64,000 bases of DNA from a virus (taxonomy: Duplodnaviria; Caudoviricetes): IMG/VR virus record IMGVR_UViG_3300022876_000002; one strand, written 5' to 3'. The position numbers were made by a program, and so were the translations under genes. The notes beneath the pieces were generated by a model, which ran no database searches, was not told where the DNA came from, and saw only the letters and a program-made list of their open reading frames with translations. This document shows, piece after piece, positions 48,170-57,507 of the stretch (positions are counted from its first letter, which is position 1; each line of letters opens with the position of its first letter).

Positions 48170-49177
48170 TTAAACTTTCAAGTGGCTGTATGGGAAAGGT
48201 ACATCAAACATTTCCCACATCTTGGAAAGGACACCCTTCATACTTTCCAGATTGGCCAATTGTACTGTTAGTGAATTACTAGGACCTTGCGCGTTGCGGT
48301 AGCAGGCGCCCGGAACAGTGGTGAGTACCCAGGTGAAGAACTCCAGCGTAAGGACTGTTTCGAAAGCTTTCTCTGCGGATTGCAGAAGGACAGATTCCGA
48401 CCAGGACCGGTTGCCGGTTTTAACCAGGTCTTCAAACAAAAAGTGGGCGAACACTGTAGAGGCCGTGGTAGCCATTGCAGTATTAAAGGTGTGATCCGAC
48501 TCAGCCCAGCACAGAAACTCTTGTCGAGCTTCCAGTTGGTCACGGTAGTCAGTGTCAGTAGCGAATTGCTTTTTAGTCTTTGCGTAGATCCCGGTAAATA
48601 TCCCGGGGATGCGCTTAGCTATGCTGACGGAAAAGGAAACCACTGGCTCGCTAATCAATACCATAATTGTTGTTTTACGAGCTTCCGATATCCCTACAAC
48701 TTTGACCTCGCCATTCAGTACGCTTTCCATCATGTCTTTACGGACATTAGAAAGCTCTGCCTCCGTGCGCTGTGGCTCAACGGCCTCGAGCGAAGTTACT
48801 TCCGGCACCAGCTTGCCATCAACCAGGTAATGGATATTTTCCAGTGTACCGCAGGTGTGGATCTGGTCTACCTGCGCTACGTTGTAGTTGGTGATACCTT
48901 GTTCCAGAGTAGTGCCGTTCATGCACTTCACCACACCACCAACGGACTCACGAGATACGTGAGGGAAACCACGCTCGTCCAGGTACAGACGGTTGAGCGA
49001 GAAATAGATCGAGCGGCACAGCACGACTGGGATGCGGGACTCGCCTTTAACCAGTTCTGCGATGCCAGCTACAGTCATACCGCTAGCGCCATTGTTGTGG
49101 TCATCCAGGATACGACCCGAAGTGTGGTTAACGGCGTCAACGATTGCTGCGAAATTGTTTACGTTGTTCATGGACAT
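48170..49177 (-). CDS. Chimeric hypothetical protein (335 aa)
   Basis: N-half aligns with 49238..49720; C-half aligns with about aa 85-275 of 49889..52285. Confidence 0.85.
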   Translation of the reverse strand: MSMNNVNNFAAIVDAVNHTSGRILDDHNNGASGMTVAGIAELVKGESRIPVVLCRSIYFSLNRLYLDERGFPHVSRESVGGVVKCMNGTTLEQGITNYNVAQVDQIHTCGTLENIHYLVDGKLVPEVTSLEAVEPQRTEAELSNVRKDMMESVLNGEVKVVGISEARKTTIMVLISEPVVSFSVSIAKRIPGIFTGIYAKTKKQFATDTDYRDQLEARQEFLCWAESDHTFNTAMATTASTVFAHFLFEDLVKTGNRSWSESVLLQSAEKAFETVLTLEFFTWVLTTVPGACYRNAQGPSNSLTVQLANLESMKGVLSKMWEMFDVPFPYSHLKV

Positions 49178-49237
49178 TTCCTTAATATAATAATTGGTGT
49201 TGGTGGTCCCCTATGGACCACCGTACACGTGTAACAG

Positions 49238-49720
49238 TTAGAAGCTTGCGTGACCGATTTTAGCGCGACGTGCTTCATCGATGATGAATGCCGCTGCAGT
49301 CATTTCAGCTACTTCACCTTCTTCGAAGAGTTTGACTGGAACCAGTTGGCCCAGGCGCATCTTGTAGAAGTTGGTGAGGAAAGCAGTACCGTGTTCGTTG
49401 GTAGCATGAGTGGTATTGTAAGTTACTACCGACTCGCGCAGATCCACCGGAACCAATCCGCCAAATACTGGCTTCATGTCACGGAACATCAACCCACCGA
49501 CCGACCGACGGGACAGACGCACTTTACCATCTTTGAGGTAAACCTCATTAAGGGTGAAGTGTTCTTCGTCGAAAAGGCCAACTGGGGTTACAACACCGTC
49601 ACGATGCAGCAGCGCAATGCCGCTTACCATTGCACGGGTGATAGGGTCGTTGTCATCGCCAATGAAACCGTGGGCTTCATTAACAGCTTTGACAATTGCA
49701 GCGTAGTCATAGTTAGACAT
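49238..49720 (-). CDS. Hypothetical protein (160 aa), paralogue of the N-half of 48170..49177
   Basis: AAIVKAVN, FTLNEVYL, SRRSVGG and GQLVP shared. AAGGAG RBS. Confidence 0.85.
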   Translation of the reverse strand: MSNYDYAAIVKAVNEAHGFIGDDNDPITRAMVSGIALLHRDGVVTPVGLFDEEHFTLNEVYLKDGKVRLSRRSVGGLMFRDMKPVFGGLVPVDLRESVVTYNTTHATNEHGTAFLTNFYKMRLGQLVPVKLFEEGEVAEMTAAAFIIDEARRAKIGHASF

Positions 49721-49777
49721 GGTGAACTCCTTAGAAGATTTAGTAATCCAAATGAATTACTGTTCTTATTCACCCTA

Positions 49778-49785
49778 GTTATATA
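49778..49785 (-). promoter_or_regulatory. Early-type promoter variant TATATAAC
   Basis: Minus strand TCAGATC-TATATAAC-TAGGGTG, downstream of a hairpin and upstream of 49720. Confidence 0.6.
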
Positions 49786-49823
49786 GATCTGAGATTGTGT
49801 AGAAATTAAAATTACGGAATAGA

Positions 49824-49854
49824 CCCCTACCCACCCGTTAAGGGTGGGTAGGGG
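49824..49854. terminator. 13-bp inverted repeat
   Basis: cccctacccaccc-gttaa-gggtgggtagggg. Confidence 0.7.
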
Positions 49855-49888
49855 CTATCTCTAAACTAATTGCGCAATTAACTCAGTA

Positions 49889-52285
49889 TCAATTAACGCC
49901 CATTACCACGAGTGGCTTATCGGTATCCACATGACGCAACGTGGCCACGTTACGGTCACCACCGACATAGCTGAACAACCAGACGTGACCCGACGCAGCA
50001 TAACGCAACAGATGGTCTTTGTGGACTTCTGCAGTCGCTGGTGCTTCCGGATCTTCTACCACGATTTCCATGAGCTTGAACAACTCAGGGAACTTACTAC
50101 GTTTAATGTACAACGGCACATTAAACTCTTCGTGGTACGGGCCTTTGTCGTTGACCAGGTTGGCCATGTAGAACTCACGTACTACATACAGGTCGACGTC
50201 GTCCTTGAGTTTCTCGATGACACCCATCTCTTCAGGCGGGATACCGTGCGGGTTAACTTTGTGGAACATACGCAGGTTACGGGTCAGGTAGTTGGATACC
50301 GCACCGTCGGTCAGCAGACCGTAAGCCTGGTCATCGTTCTTTTGGAGCTCGTTGGCCAGGTCTTCGATGTCAGACACGAAGTTGCCAATCTGCAGTTTAC
50401 CGCCACCGCCTTTTCCGTCCACAGCATTGTAGCCGCAGACGTTTACCAACCATTCATTCACAATGGCGGTCATACGGCTGTTGATAAACCCAGCTACGTT
50501 GTTGTCGATAACGTTTTCGTTGAACAGGCGACGCAGGTGCTTACCGGCATTCAGTACCGACGGACGCTCGTTGTCTTTCAACTCGGCATCGCTGAACAGG
50601 TAAGGTGCATCTTGGAACAGGCGAGTTTTGTCTTCTGGCTTGACGCAGCTGAAAACATCCCACTCGACCAGGGTGTCGAACACTACTGCAGCTTTGTTGT
50701 CTTTGAACTTGGAAGTCAGACGATCAGTGATCAGTTTGACGTTCTGCATCAGCGCAGTAGTCTTCTGCTCAACGATTGGTTCGTCTACTACGATAGCCGG
50801 GATACCAGCACCCAGCTCTTTAATACGCTCGACGTCTACTTCCAGCTTTTTCTCGTCTTTTACTACGTCAGCCATCGGAGCGGCAACAACCATATACAGG
50901 TCGCCTTCGTTCTCTGGCTTCTCCAGGAGCGGTAGGAGCACTTCTGGGTTACTGAACACACGTGCCACATCGAGACCCTCAGCTCGCACGGCATGGCTGA
51001 ACCAGCCGTCGTTGTTATCGAAATCGATCACGACTACGCGATAGCAATCGCGCAGCAGACCTTCCTCTTGACGCATTTCTGGGTGACGTTTGAAGACCTT
51101 CTGGATTTTGCGCCAGTCGGTTTCCGGGATGAAGTAATGATTGTCACGACCGATCGGCTTGAAGAAGCGACGCAGGTTGTAATCCTGCATGTTCTCCCGC
51201 GTAAGGTTGTCGAAATCATTACGAGTAGTACCCCAAGTCATACTCACCTCATTATCAAAATTTGGTTGGCTAGCGGCCGGTTTAGGTGCGGGTTCATGGT
51301 AGTATTCCCCACGCCTGGATGCAACATTACGATCCACCATTGCATTGATTGATTCATAGTCCGAATTGGTGTAGGCCTGGTCGCGTTTGGCTTGTGGGAT
51401 GTACCCGATGTAATCGCCATAACGGTCTGGGTCAAACACCCGTGCATGTTCCACCGGAGTGGAGACTGCATTGGAGAACGACAGTGACGCATAAGGAAAC
51501 GGTACATCAAACATTTCCCACATCTTGGAGAACTCTTCCTTAATAGTCTCCAAGTTGTTCAACTGCAGTTCCAGCTTTTTCGGGAGCCGGTGTGTATATG
51601 AAACGCCCTTCTTGGTGTTAAACAGCCAGTTGAGGAACTCCAGGAACAGTGCCTGGTAGCATGCGATCTCCGATGCGTTGTTGAAGTCGGCTTCGGACCA
51701 TTGTTCCTTACCAGACTTCCGCATGTTCTCGATCAACAGATAACCGAAAATGACACCACCGTTAATTGCTGCTGTTTGGTGGAAAGAAGGAAGTTTATTA
51801 ATGTCATCAATAAACTCTTTCTTGAGCGGGCAGATCTGGCCAGTGTCCTGGTCAACCGTGAACTGCTCCTTCATTTTCTGGTAGTTCTTGTAAAAGAACG
51901 TAGGTTGACGACGAACCATGTGTTGCATAAACACGGTCATCGGATCTTCTACTTTACCGATGTAATACTCGATGGTATCTTGGGAGATCCCACCGTTCTC
52001 TAGCATCCCTGCTAGAACCTCGTTTTGCTCTAGTCCGCCACCGTGGTGCTTCCAGTTGAAACCACCACCTGCCCCTGTAGTGGCTGCGCTACTAGCAACC
52101 CCTGCAAGGAAGTTCTTAATAGCTTGACCAGGGATGATTTGCTGGTGGAGTTGCGCGCCTTGCAGCCCTCCCATCCCAGCAGCCTGACGGCCATCTGATT
52201 GAGGAGGGTCGGCGTTCAAGTTCACCGATCCGGGGCGTGAACCACCAAAGCCACCGAGACCAGTTGGTTTAATCGATCCGACCAT
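49889..52285 (-). CDS. Large core-block protein of unknown function (798 aa)
   Basis: Long ORF overlapping the RNAP-subunit stop; G-rich low-complexity N-terminus. Confidence 0.85.
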   Translation of the reverse strand: MVGSIKPTGLGGFGGSRPGSVNLNADPPQSDGRQAAGMGGLQGAQLHQQIIPGQAIKNFLAGVASSAATTGAGGGFNWKHHGGGLEQNEVLAGMLENGGISQDTIEYYIGKVEDPMTVFMQHMVRRQPTFFYKNYQKMKEQFTVDQDTGQICPLKKEFIDDINKLPSFHQTAAINGGVIFGYLLIENMRKSGKEQWSEADFNNASEIACYQALFLEFLNWLFNTKKGVSYTHRLPKKLELQLNNLETIKEEFSKMWEMFDVPFPYASLSFSNAVSTPVEHARVFDPDRYGDYIGYIPQAKRDQAYTNSDYESINAMVDRNVASRRGEYYHEPAPKPAASQPNFDNEVSMTWGTTRNDFDNLTRENMQDYNLRRFFKPIGRDNHYFIPETDWRKIQKVFKRHPEMRQEEGLLRDCYRVVVIDFDNNDGWFSHAVRAEGLDVARVFSNPEVLLPLLEKPENEGDLYMVVAAPMADVVKDEKKLEVDVERIKELGAGIPAIVVDEPIVEQKTTALMQNVKLITDRLTSKFKDNKAAVVFDTLVEWDVFSCVKPEDKTRLFQDAPYLFSDAELKDNERPSVLNAGKHLRRLFNENVIDNNVAGFINSRMTAIVNEWLVNVCGYNAVDGKGGGGKLQIGNFVSDIEDLANELQKNDDQAYGLLTDGAVSNYLTRNLRMFHKVNPHGIPPEEMGVIEKLKDDVDLYVVREFYMANLVNDKGPYHEEFNVPLYIKRSKFPELFKLMEIVVEDPEAPATAEVHKDHLLRYAASGHVWLFSYVGGDRNVATLRHVDTDKPLVVMGVN

Positions 52286-53936
52286 TGTTAATTTCTCTCG
52301 TTTTGAGTCGCTTCTCTGCTTTAGCGTAACGCTCCGCGTGCTTAGGGTTCAAGCCGGTAACTTTGCCGTGCAGGAAGATACAAGGTAAAAGATACGCCCG
52401 TCCGTCTGGACATGGTGAGGACACCTTGAGGTGACTGTTCACAAACAGTTGGGAAGCGTGGATATGCGTGGAGGAATCCCCGGCATCGAAATCACCCTTC
52501 TTACGGTTCTTAGACGAACTGGTGAACACCTTATCTTGAGGAATACAACCCAACATATAGTCAACAAACGGAACGTCTGTCGGAGTGGCTTCCTGGATCA
52601 GGTTGGTAGTACGGGCATTGTCGATCTCTTTAGCGTGGAACCTGCTATTGAGGAATCGCGATACCTTCTTCTGGCTCAACTCAGAATTGTTCTTGATATC
52701 GTGCTTGAAGTTGTTCGCTGCTGTGATCAACTTATCCATGGTGAACTCCAGTGACGAGAGTTCTTTGTGGAACATGGACGCACGATCGGTGGTTTGCACG
52801 ATCTCACTACGGTTGGTGATAATGTAGTTGAAGAGATCGAAGATGTCGTTAGCTTCGATATCCTGGTTGCGGAACTTCTTGATGGAGTCCTCATCCAGGT
52901 AATCGTTGATGGAATCAAAGTGGTTATACATCAACCGCATGATAGCTTCGTTGGAATCCCCGCTCTTAACCGAAGTACGTCCGATCAAAAGCTTCCAATA
53001 GTCCGGGTCATCAATCCGTTCTACATCAAAGTAACTGCCCATACAGTCAATAACGAACTGCAGAGAAGCAGCGTACTGCAAACCGAGGTTGTTGAGGGTC
53101 TTACGTGTAGGTGAGACATTGCGCAAAGCAATACCCAGATCCTGCACTACGGTTTCCCCCAGGTACTTGTGGTTATCTGCCTTGGACCGTGTGATAATCT
53201 CCCAACGGTCTTTTGCACGGCAGTCGCTCAGCAATGCATCCACTGGGCCCAACTCGTACTCACACTCACCATAGCGTCGCATGGCCTCTGTGAAGCCAAT
53301 GTTGGCAAACACGTACCACGCTAGCAACGGGATTGGAACTGTCTTGCTAGTGATCTTCCTGGCGGCTGTAGGGCTATAGAACCGGTTGCACGCCAAGTTG
53401 ATACTTGCAGTGGACGTCAATACCTGATGACCATGCTGGAATACGTAATCGTAGTTGAAGTTTTCTGTTCCGATTTTGAACTTGAACCCCAGTACTTTCA
53501 CGAACAGCGAGTTCTCCTTAGTAACAGGAAGCCCCCGCTCAGCCAGTACAATTTGCAGACTATAGTGCACACCACGCAACCAGATATCACCATACTTGTC
53601 ACAGTACGGCAACATGGTGTACGCATGCATTCGGATCATTTGACCCGACTTATCCTGGTAGTCGATTGCCAACTTGACAGGATAGATAGTCTCCTTGTGA
53701 ATATCGTAGATCTTCGTACTCGAGTTGATCAAGTAGTCGATATACTCACGAGGTGGTACTTTGGTCACTCCCCTGAAAAACACTCCACGTGACTCAATGC
53801 TCTTAAAGATGATGCGAAGCGCGTTCTCGTAGTAGCGCAAAGCACCCTCAAACTCTTTCTGGTGGAAACCCTCCATAATCGTCTGATTGAACTTTGGATA
53901 CTTTTCTTTGATGCGGTCCGCGAGTACGTGAAACAT
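52269..53936 (-). CDS. Non-virion RNA polymerase beta-like subunit, N-terminal part (phiKZ gp123-like)
   Basis: ~555 aa from ATG at 53936. DKYGDIWLRG...LQIVLAERG resembles the beta N-terminal motif; synteny capsid - gp122-like - this gene. Confidence 0.75.
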   Translation of the reverse strand: MFHVLADRIKEKYPKFNQTIMEGFHQKEFEGALRYYENALRIIFKSIESRGVFFRGVTKVPPREYIDYLINSSTKIYDIHKETIYPVKLAIDYQDKSGQMIRMHAYTMLPYCDKYGDIWLRGVHYSLQIVLAERGLPVTKENSLFVKVLGFKFKIGTENFNYDYVFQHGHQVLTSTASINLACNRFYSPTAARKITSKTVPIPLLAWYVFANIGFTEAMRRYGECEYELGPVDALLSDCRAKDRWEIITRSKADNHKYLGETVVQDLGIALRNVSPTRKTLNNLGLQYAASLQFVIDCMGSYFDVERIDDPDYWKLLIGRTSVKSGDSNEAIMRLMYNHFDSINDYLDEDSIKKFRNQDIEANDIFDLFNYIITNRSEIVQTTDRASMFHKELSSLEFTMDKLITAANNFKHDIKNNSELSQKKVSRFLNSRFHAKEIDNARTTNLIQEATPTDVPFVDYMLGCIPQDKVFTSSSKNRKKGDFDAGDSSTHIHASQLFVNSHLKVSSPCPDGRAYLLPCIFLHGKVTGLNPKHAERYAKAEKRLKTREINNGRID

Positions 53937-53955
53937 CCTTTTATCCCCAAATGTG

Positions 53956-55083
53956 TTAAGTCGTAAAGAATCTAATACCCGCAAAAAGCAAACCAGAGAT
54001 AGCAGCCAAACCTTTCAACAAATCTACGCCGAAGGACATCTTGGTTTTCTGCTTCATCTGATCTATTGCATGTTTGTCCCGTGCCTCACGACGCTTTGAA
54101 TCGTCTTTGAGCCTGAGGATCTCTTCCTTATTACTAAAGTCAACACGTTCTCTTTTATCCTCGGCCGCCTTGAACTCTTGTTTGAGTCTGGCCAAATCCA
54201 TTTGATGGGACTGCTTCAGATGTACTAGCTGGAGATCCAGTTTTTCTATCTGACGATTCGCCCCGTCTAAACGGATATTAGTATCGTCCAGTAGTTTAAT
54301 TTTACTATCTAGCGCTTTAGACAGCGAATTAGCCTTAGCCTCAGCTTCTTGATACCTTTCGGTATTACCATTTAACATGGCTTCTGCTTTGCTCTGGAAG
54401 ATGCCGAGCCCTTCTAGCCTGCCTTTCGACAAGTCATCAAAACTATATAATGAAGCCACCGGTGGGTTTGTACCGACCGATACTCCGATATACAGCCCTG
54501 GCGTAGCTTGTGGATCGTCAGCTACTGGCACTTCAGTAGCACGACCACCAATGTTTACGTAGAAGGGTTTCTGTGTTTTACGCGGATCGATTACATATGC
54601 ACAGTAACTGATCGAGCATCGCGGATTGCTACGATGCAGTTGGTCCAGGGCCTCGGTAAGACTCGACTCGGGGACGTTGAGTGGAGCCCTATCGATATTG
54701 CCACGACCACTGTACATGGTGAAGCCAAACATCTCACTGTGGATCGCACCGTGCTCATCAGCCAGGTGTGCTCCCAAGTGTACTACGAAATTAGCAGAGC
54801 TAGGAAAATCTTGATAGAAGTCTACGTTGTCACGCAGGGTCTTCACTTTAGCTGCCATTTCTTCCAACACTGCCCGATCAAACTTGGTCAGTGCTTGTGA
54901 AGGATCTACTTGGATTTCTTTAACCTTGAAGTTTTGGAAGGACACTCGAACGTATTGTTCTTTGTTATATGTCGCTTCTGCGCTCTTTGGGATGATGTAT
55001 CGCAGACCACCTTTGTGGGCTACAACCAAATCGAAAGAAGTACTGTTATTTACGACTTCACGTTCAAGCTTGAAAGTTGCCAT
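53956..55083 (-). CDS. phiKZ gp122-like protein with C-terminal coiled coil and hydrophobic tail
   Basis: 375 aa, long heptad region, terminal LLKGLAAISGLLFAGIRFF; synteny. Confidence 0.7.
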   Translation of the reverse strand: MATFKLEREVVNNSTSFDLVVAHKGGLRYIIPKSAEATYNKEQYVRVSFQNFKVKEIQVDPSQALTKFDRAVLEEMAAKVKTLRDNVDFYQDFPSSANFVVHLGAHLADEHGAIHSEMFGFTMYSGRGNIDRAPLNVPESSLTEALDQLHRSNPRCSISYCAYVIDPRKTQKPFYVNIGGRATEVPVADDPQATPGLYIGVSVGTNPPVASLYSFDDLSKGRLEGLGIFQSKAEAMLNGNTERYQEAEAKANSLSKALDSKIKLLDDTNIRLDGANRQIEKLDLQLVHLKQSHQMDLARLKQEFKAAEDKRERVDFSNKEEILRLKDDSKRREARDKHAIDQMKQKTKMSFGVDLLKGLAAISGLLFAGIRFFTT

Positions 55084-55115
55084 TCCAAACCACCATTAAT
55101 AGTTGCACTGTCCTG

Positions 55116-55123
55116 ATAATTTA
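55116..55123 (-). promoter_or_regulatory. Promoter-like motif TAAATTAT
   Basis: TCAGACC-TAAATTAT-CAGG parallels TCAGATC-TATATAAC-TAGG at 49778; lies after the capsid terminator. Confidence 0.4.
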
Positions 55124-55155
55124 GGTCTGAAATATTCCAACAAAAATGAAAATGC

Positions 55156-55210
55156 AAAAAAAAAGAAGTAATACCACCCCTAGCCCCGCAAAGGGCTAGG
55201 GGTGGTATTA
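55156..55210 (-). terminator. Strong terminator of the capsid gene
   Basis: 18-bp stem taataccacccctagccc/gggctaggggtggtatta followed by CTTCTTTTTTTTT on the minus strand. Confidence 0.88.
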
Positions 55211-55235
55211 GTGAAGCTTATACCCTAAGGCTACG

Positions 55236-55321
55236 GCCCCATCCTGAACTAGGGAGCCTTATTGCACGAATGCTTTAAGTACTCCATAGTCCGTGTCCGG
55301 GATGAGGCTTAAGGGTTTTTT
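55236..55321 (-). other. Candidate -1 programmed frameshift cassette / structured 3' element
   Basis: A AAA AAC (55321..55315), CCT TAA spacer, then a 73-nt nested stem-loop (55308..55236) capped by gca-TTCG-tgc. Confidence 0.45.
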
Positions 55322-57507
55322 GCTTCGATCGCCTCAACAACTTTGTCCAGGCCAGCTTCCAGGCCGAGGATCTCGACTTTCTGTTTCGCCAGCTTGGTCA
55401 GCAGACCTTCGTCACCCAGGAACTTGGCAGCGTCGGTGATCTTCAGCGAGCCGATGATCGGGTTCAGCGCCCAGTGCTTGTAGGTAGGCATGGTCATGAC
55501 CACACCGTAGTCTTGCTGCTCACGAGTCACGTTACCTTGAACAACGATGTTCTCTTTCGAGACCACAACGCCGACACCGCCCAGAGGGTTGATGAAGTCG
55601 CTGGTGGAGTTGTTCTTGGTGACGATCAGGATCTCGCCGATCTGGCTGTCGAAGTTGGTTTCGATAGCGGTCATGTTGACCATCGAGCCCAGGGTACGAG
55701 CATCACCAGTCTTCATCAGGAAGCGACGCAGGTTCTGGTGAACGATGATGTTCCACTCAGGAGCAGTGGTGCCACCGTATTCAGCGATCGCAGCGATACC
55801 GGACTTGGTGACCAGCGCCGAGGTGATGTCGGACAGTTCGTTGGTGAACACGGCCGATACAGCTTCGAAGATGCCGGTGCTGTCTTGAACCGAGACCACG
55901 TCTTCCAGGGTGATGGTACGGTTGACGGCCGAAGCAGTCACGTAGTGCATACCTGGCAGAACGTTGGAACCCTGGTTGTTCGACACAACTGGGTGACCGT
56001 CGATCGAGGTGATGTACTTCAGGTGTTCGTGAGCCATGTCGAAGGCTTTCTTCGAGCACTGGTTGTTGATCACCACCGACATCTGCTGGATGGCGTAGTC
56101 CAGGGAGTCCTGGTTCACGTCGTCTTTGGAGATCGGGTACTTCACGGAGACCGGCGAACCACGGTGTACCGACAGGTGCTTGTCAGCGTCGAACACTTCG
56201 ATGCGGTAGCCGAAGTTACCACGGTTCAGGTTGTTGACGTTGGCCGAGGTCTTGACACCGGTGACCGAACCTTTGGTCAGCAGCTTGAACAGGGCTTTCT
56301 CATCTTCGCTGGCGCGGCCGCGATCGATGACGTTGCCGGAGGCGATGTGGCGCAGAGCGGAGATGGTCAGTTGACCACCGTTCAGGCGCATCACGTTCTT
56401 CTGGCGTTGGAAGTTGCCGTTCATCGACACGTCGAGCAGCGGCTGGTAGCCAGCAGCTTTGATGTCAGCGAACAGGGTCTCGCCGACCAGGTTGCCTTCT
56501 TTGTCCAGCAGGGTGAAACCGTTGTGCTGGTTCAGCAGCATGCCCAGCTGACGGTCATCGGAACCCTGGCCGTTGGTGGTCGGGTTGAAGGTGTTGTTCG
56601 ACATTGCTTTGGTGTTCACGAAGAACACTTTCTCAACGCCGCCGATGGTGGCAGTCAGTTGCAGCGCTTCGACGGTGATCGAGTTGGACTCGATTTCGTC
56701 GGTGCTGGTCCAGGCGCGCTGGCCAGGAGCCTGGCAAAGACCCAGGTAGTTCGGGATCACCGAAGGAACCTTGAGGTAGTTGGTCAGGTGGTTTTCACGA
56801 CCGTAGGCATCGGCTTCCATGTAGGTAGCTGGCCATGGGGTCATGGTGGCTTTGTCGACGAACAGCTCGAGGGTGTCGTCGTCAGCGTCTTCCGGGAACA
56901 CCGGGTGGATGGACAGGACGTCGTCCTTGTACATGTCACCGGTACGCAGCAGGCCGAAGATCGGCTTCAGGTCGGAAGCTTGCTGCCAGGCGCTGTTGCC
57001 GTAGGCGTAGGTACCCAGGCCGGCCGCACGGACTTTCAGCAGAGCGCCTTCGTCTTCGTAGCGAACGGTGATGGTGCTGAACAGGGCCTCGGCTGCAGGG
57101 GTCTGCAGGTGGCTCTGGGCGTTCAGGGTCATGTTGGCGGCTTTGATGTCGACTTCCGAACCGCGGAAGTTCTGCATCGAGAAGCCTTCCAGACCACCTA
57201 CGGTGCTGTAGTAGTCTTCGGTCTTGGCGACGATGTCGACCAGCTCACCACGTGGGATGGCTTCGGAACGAGCCATGGCGCTTTGGAAAGCGGCATAGGT
57301 CTTGTCGGTCAGCTTGTCTTTCAGCGCGCTTTGCAGGCTGGCGCTTTCGTTGCCCTGCACTTGGGACAGGCCGAAGTTGCTGGAGAAGTCGTTGAAAGCT
57401 TCGTTACCTTGTACCGCTTGGAAACCGTTGGTAGCAACGGCTTGTCGGATCATGTGAAAGAGGTTGCCCTCGTTCTTCAGACCAGTTTTGATCGCTTTAT
57501 AGGCCAT
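55309..57507 (-). CDS. Major capsid protein (phiKZ gp120-like, ~732 aa)
   Basis: ATG at 57507 after AAGGA; extreme codon bias; A/Q/S-rich N-terminal propeptide ending near GGLE-GFS (S/A/G-x-E protease motif); helicase - gp119 - capsid synteny. Confidence 0.9.
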   Translation of the reverse strand: MAYKAIKTGLKNEGNLFHMIRQAVATNGFQAVQGNEAFNDFSSNFGLSQVQGNESASLQSALKDKLTDKTYAAFQSAMARSEAIPRGELVDIVAKTEDYYSTVGGLEGFSMQNFRGSEVDIKAANMTLNAQSHLQTPAAEALFSTITVRYEDEGALLKVRAAGLGTYAYGNSAWQQASDLKPIFGLLRTGDMYKDDVLSIHPVFPEDADDDTLELFVDKATMTPWPATYMEADAYGRENHLTNYLKVPSVIPNYLGLCQAPGQRAWTSTDEIESNSITVEALQLTATIGGVEKVFFVNTKAMSNNTFNPTTNGQGSDDRQLGMLLNQHNGFTLLDKEGNLVGETLFADIKAAGYQPLLDVSMNGNFQRQKNVMRLNGGQLTISALRHIASGNVIDRGRASEDEKALFKLLTKGSVTGVKTSANVNNLNRGNFGYRIEVFDADKHLSVHRGSPVSVKYPISKDDVNQDSLDYAIQQMSVVINNQCSKKAFDMAHEHLKYITSIDGHPVVSNNQGSNVLPGMHYVTASAVNRTITLEDVVSVQDSTGIFEAVSAVFTNELSDITSALVTKSGIAAIAEYGGTTAPEWNIIVHQNLRRFLMKTGDARTLGSMVNMTAIETNFDSQIGEILIVTKNNSTSDFINPLGGVGVVVSKENIVVQGNVTREQQDYGVVMTMPTYKHWALNPIIGSLKITDAAKFLGDEGLLTKLAKQKVEILGLEAGLDKVVEAIEAKNP

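Noticed and set aside
55249-55311. Readthrough of the capsid TAA stop
   Set aside because: UAA is rarely read through, and the in-frame extension would be only 19 aa. The -1 slippery site is the better-supported reading.
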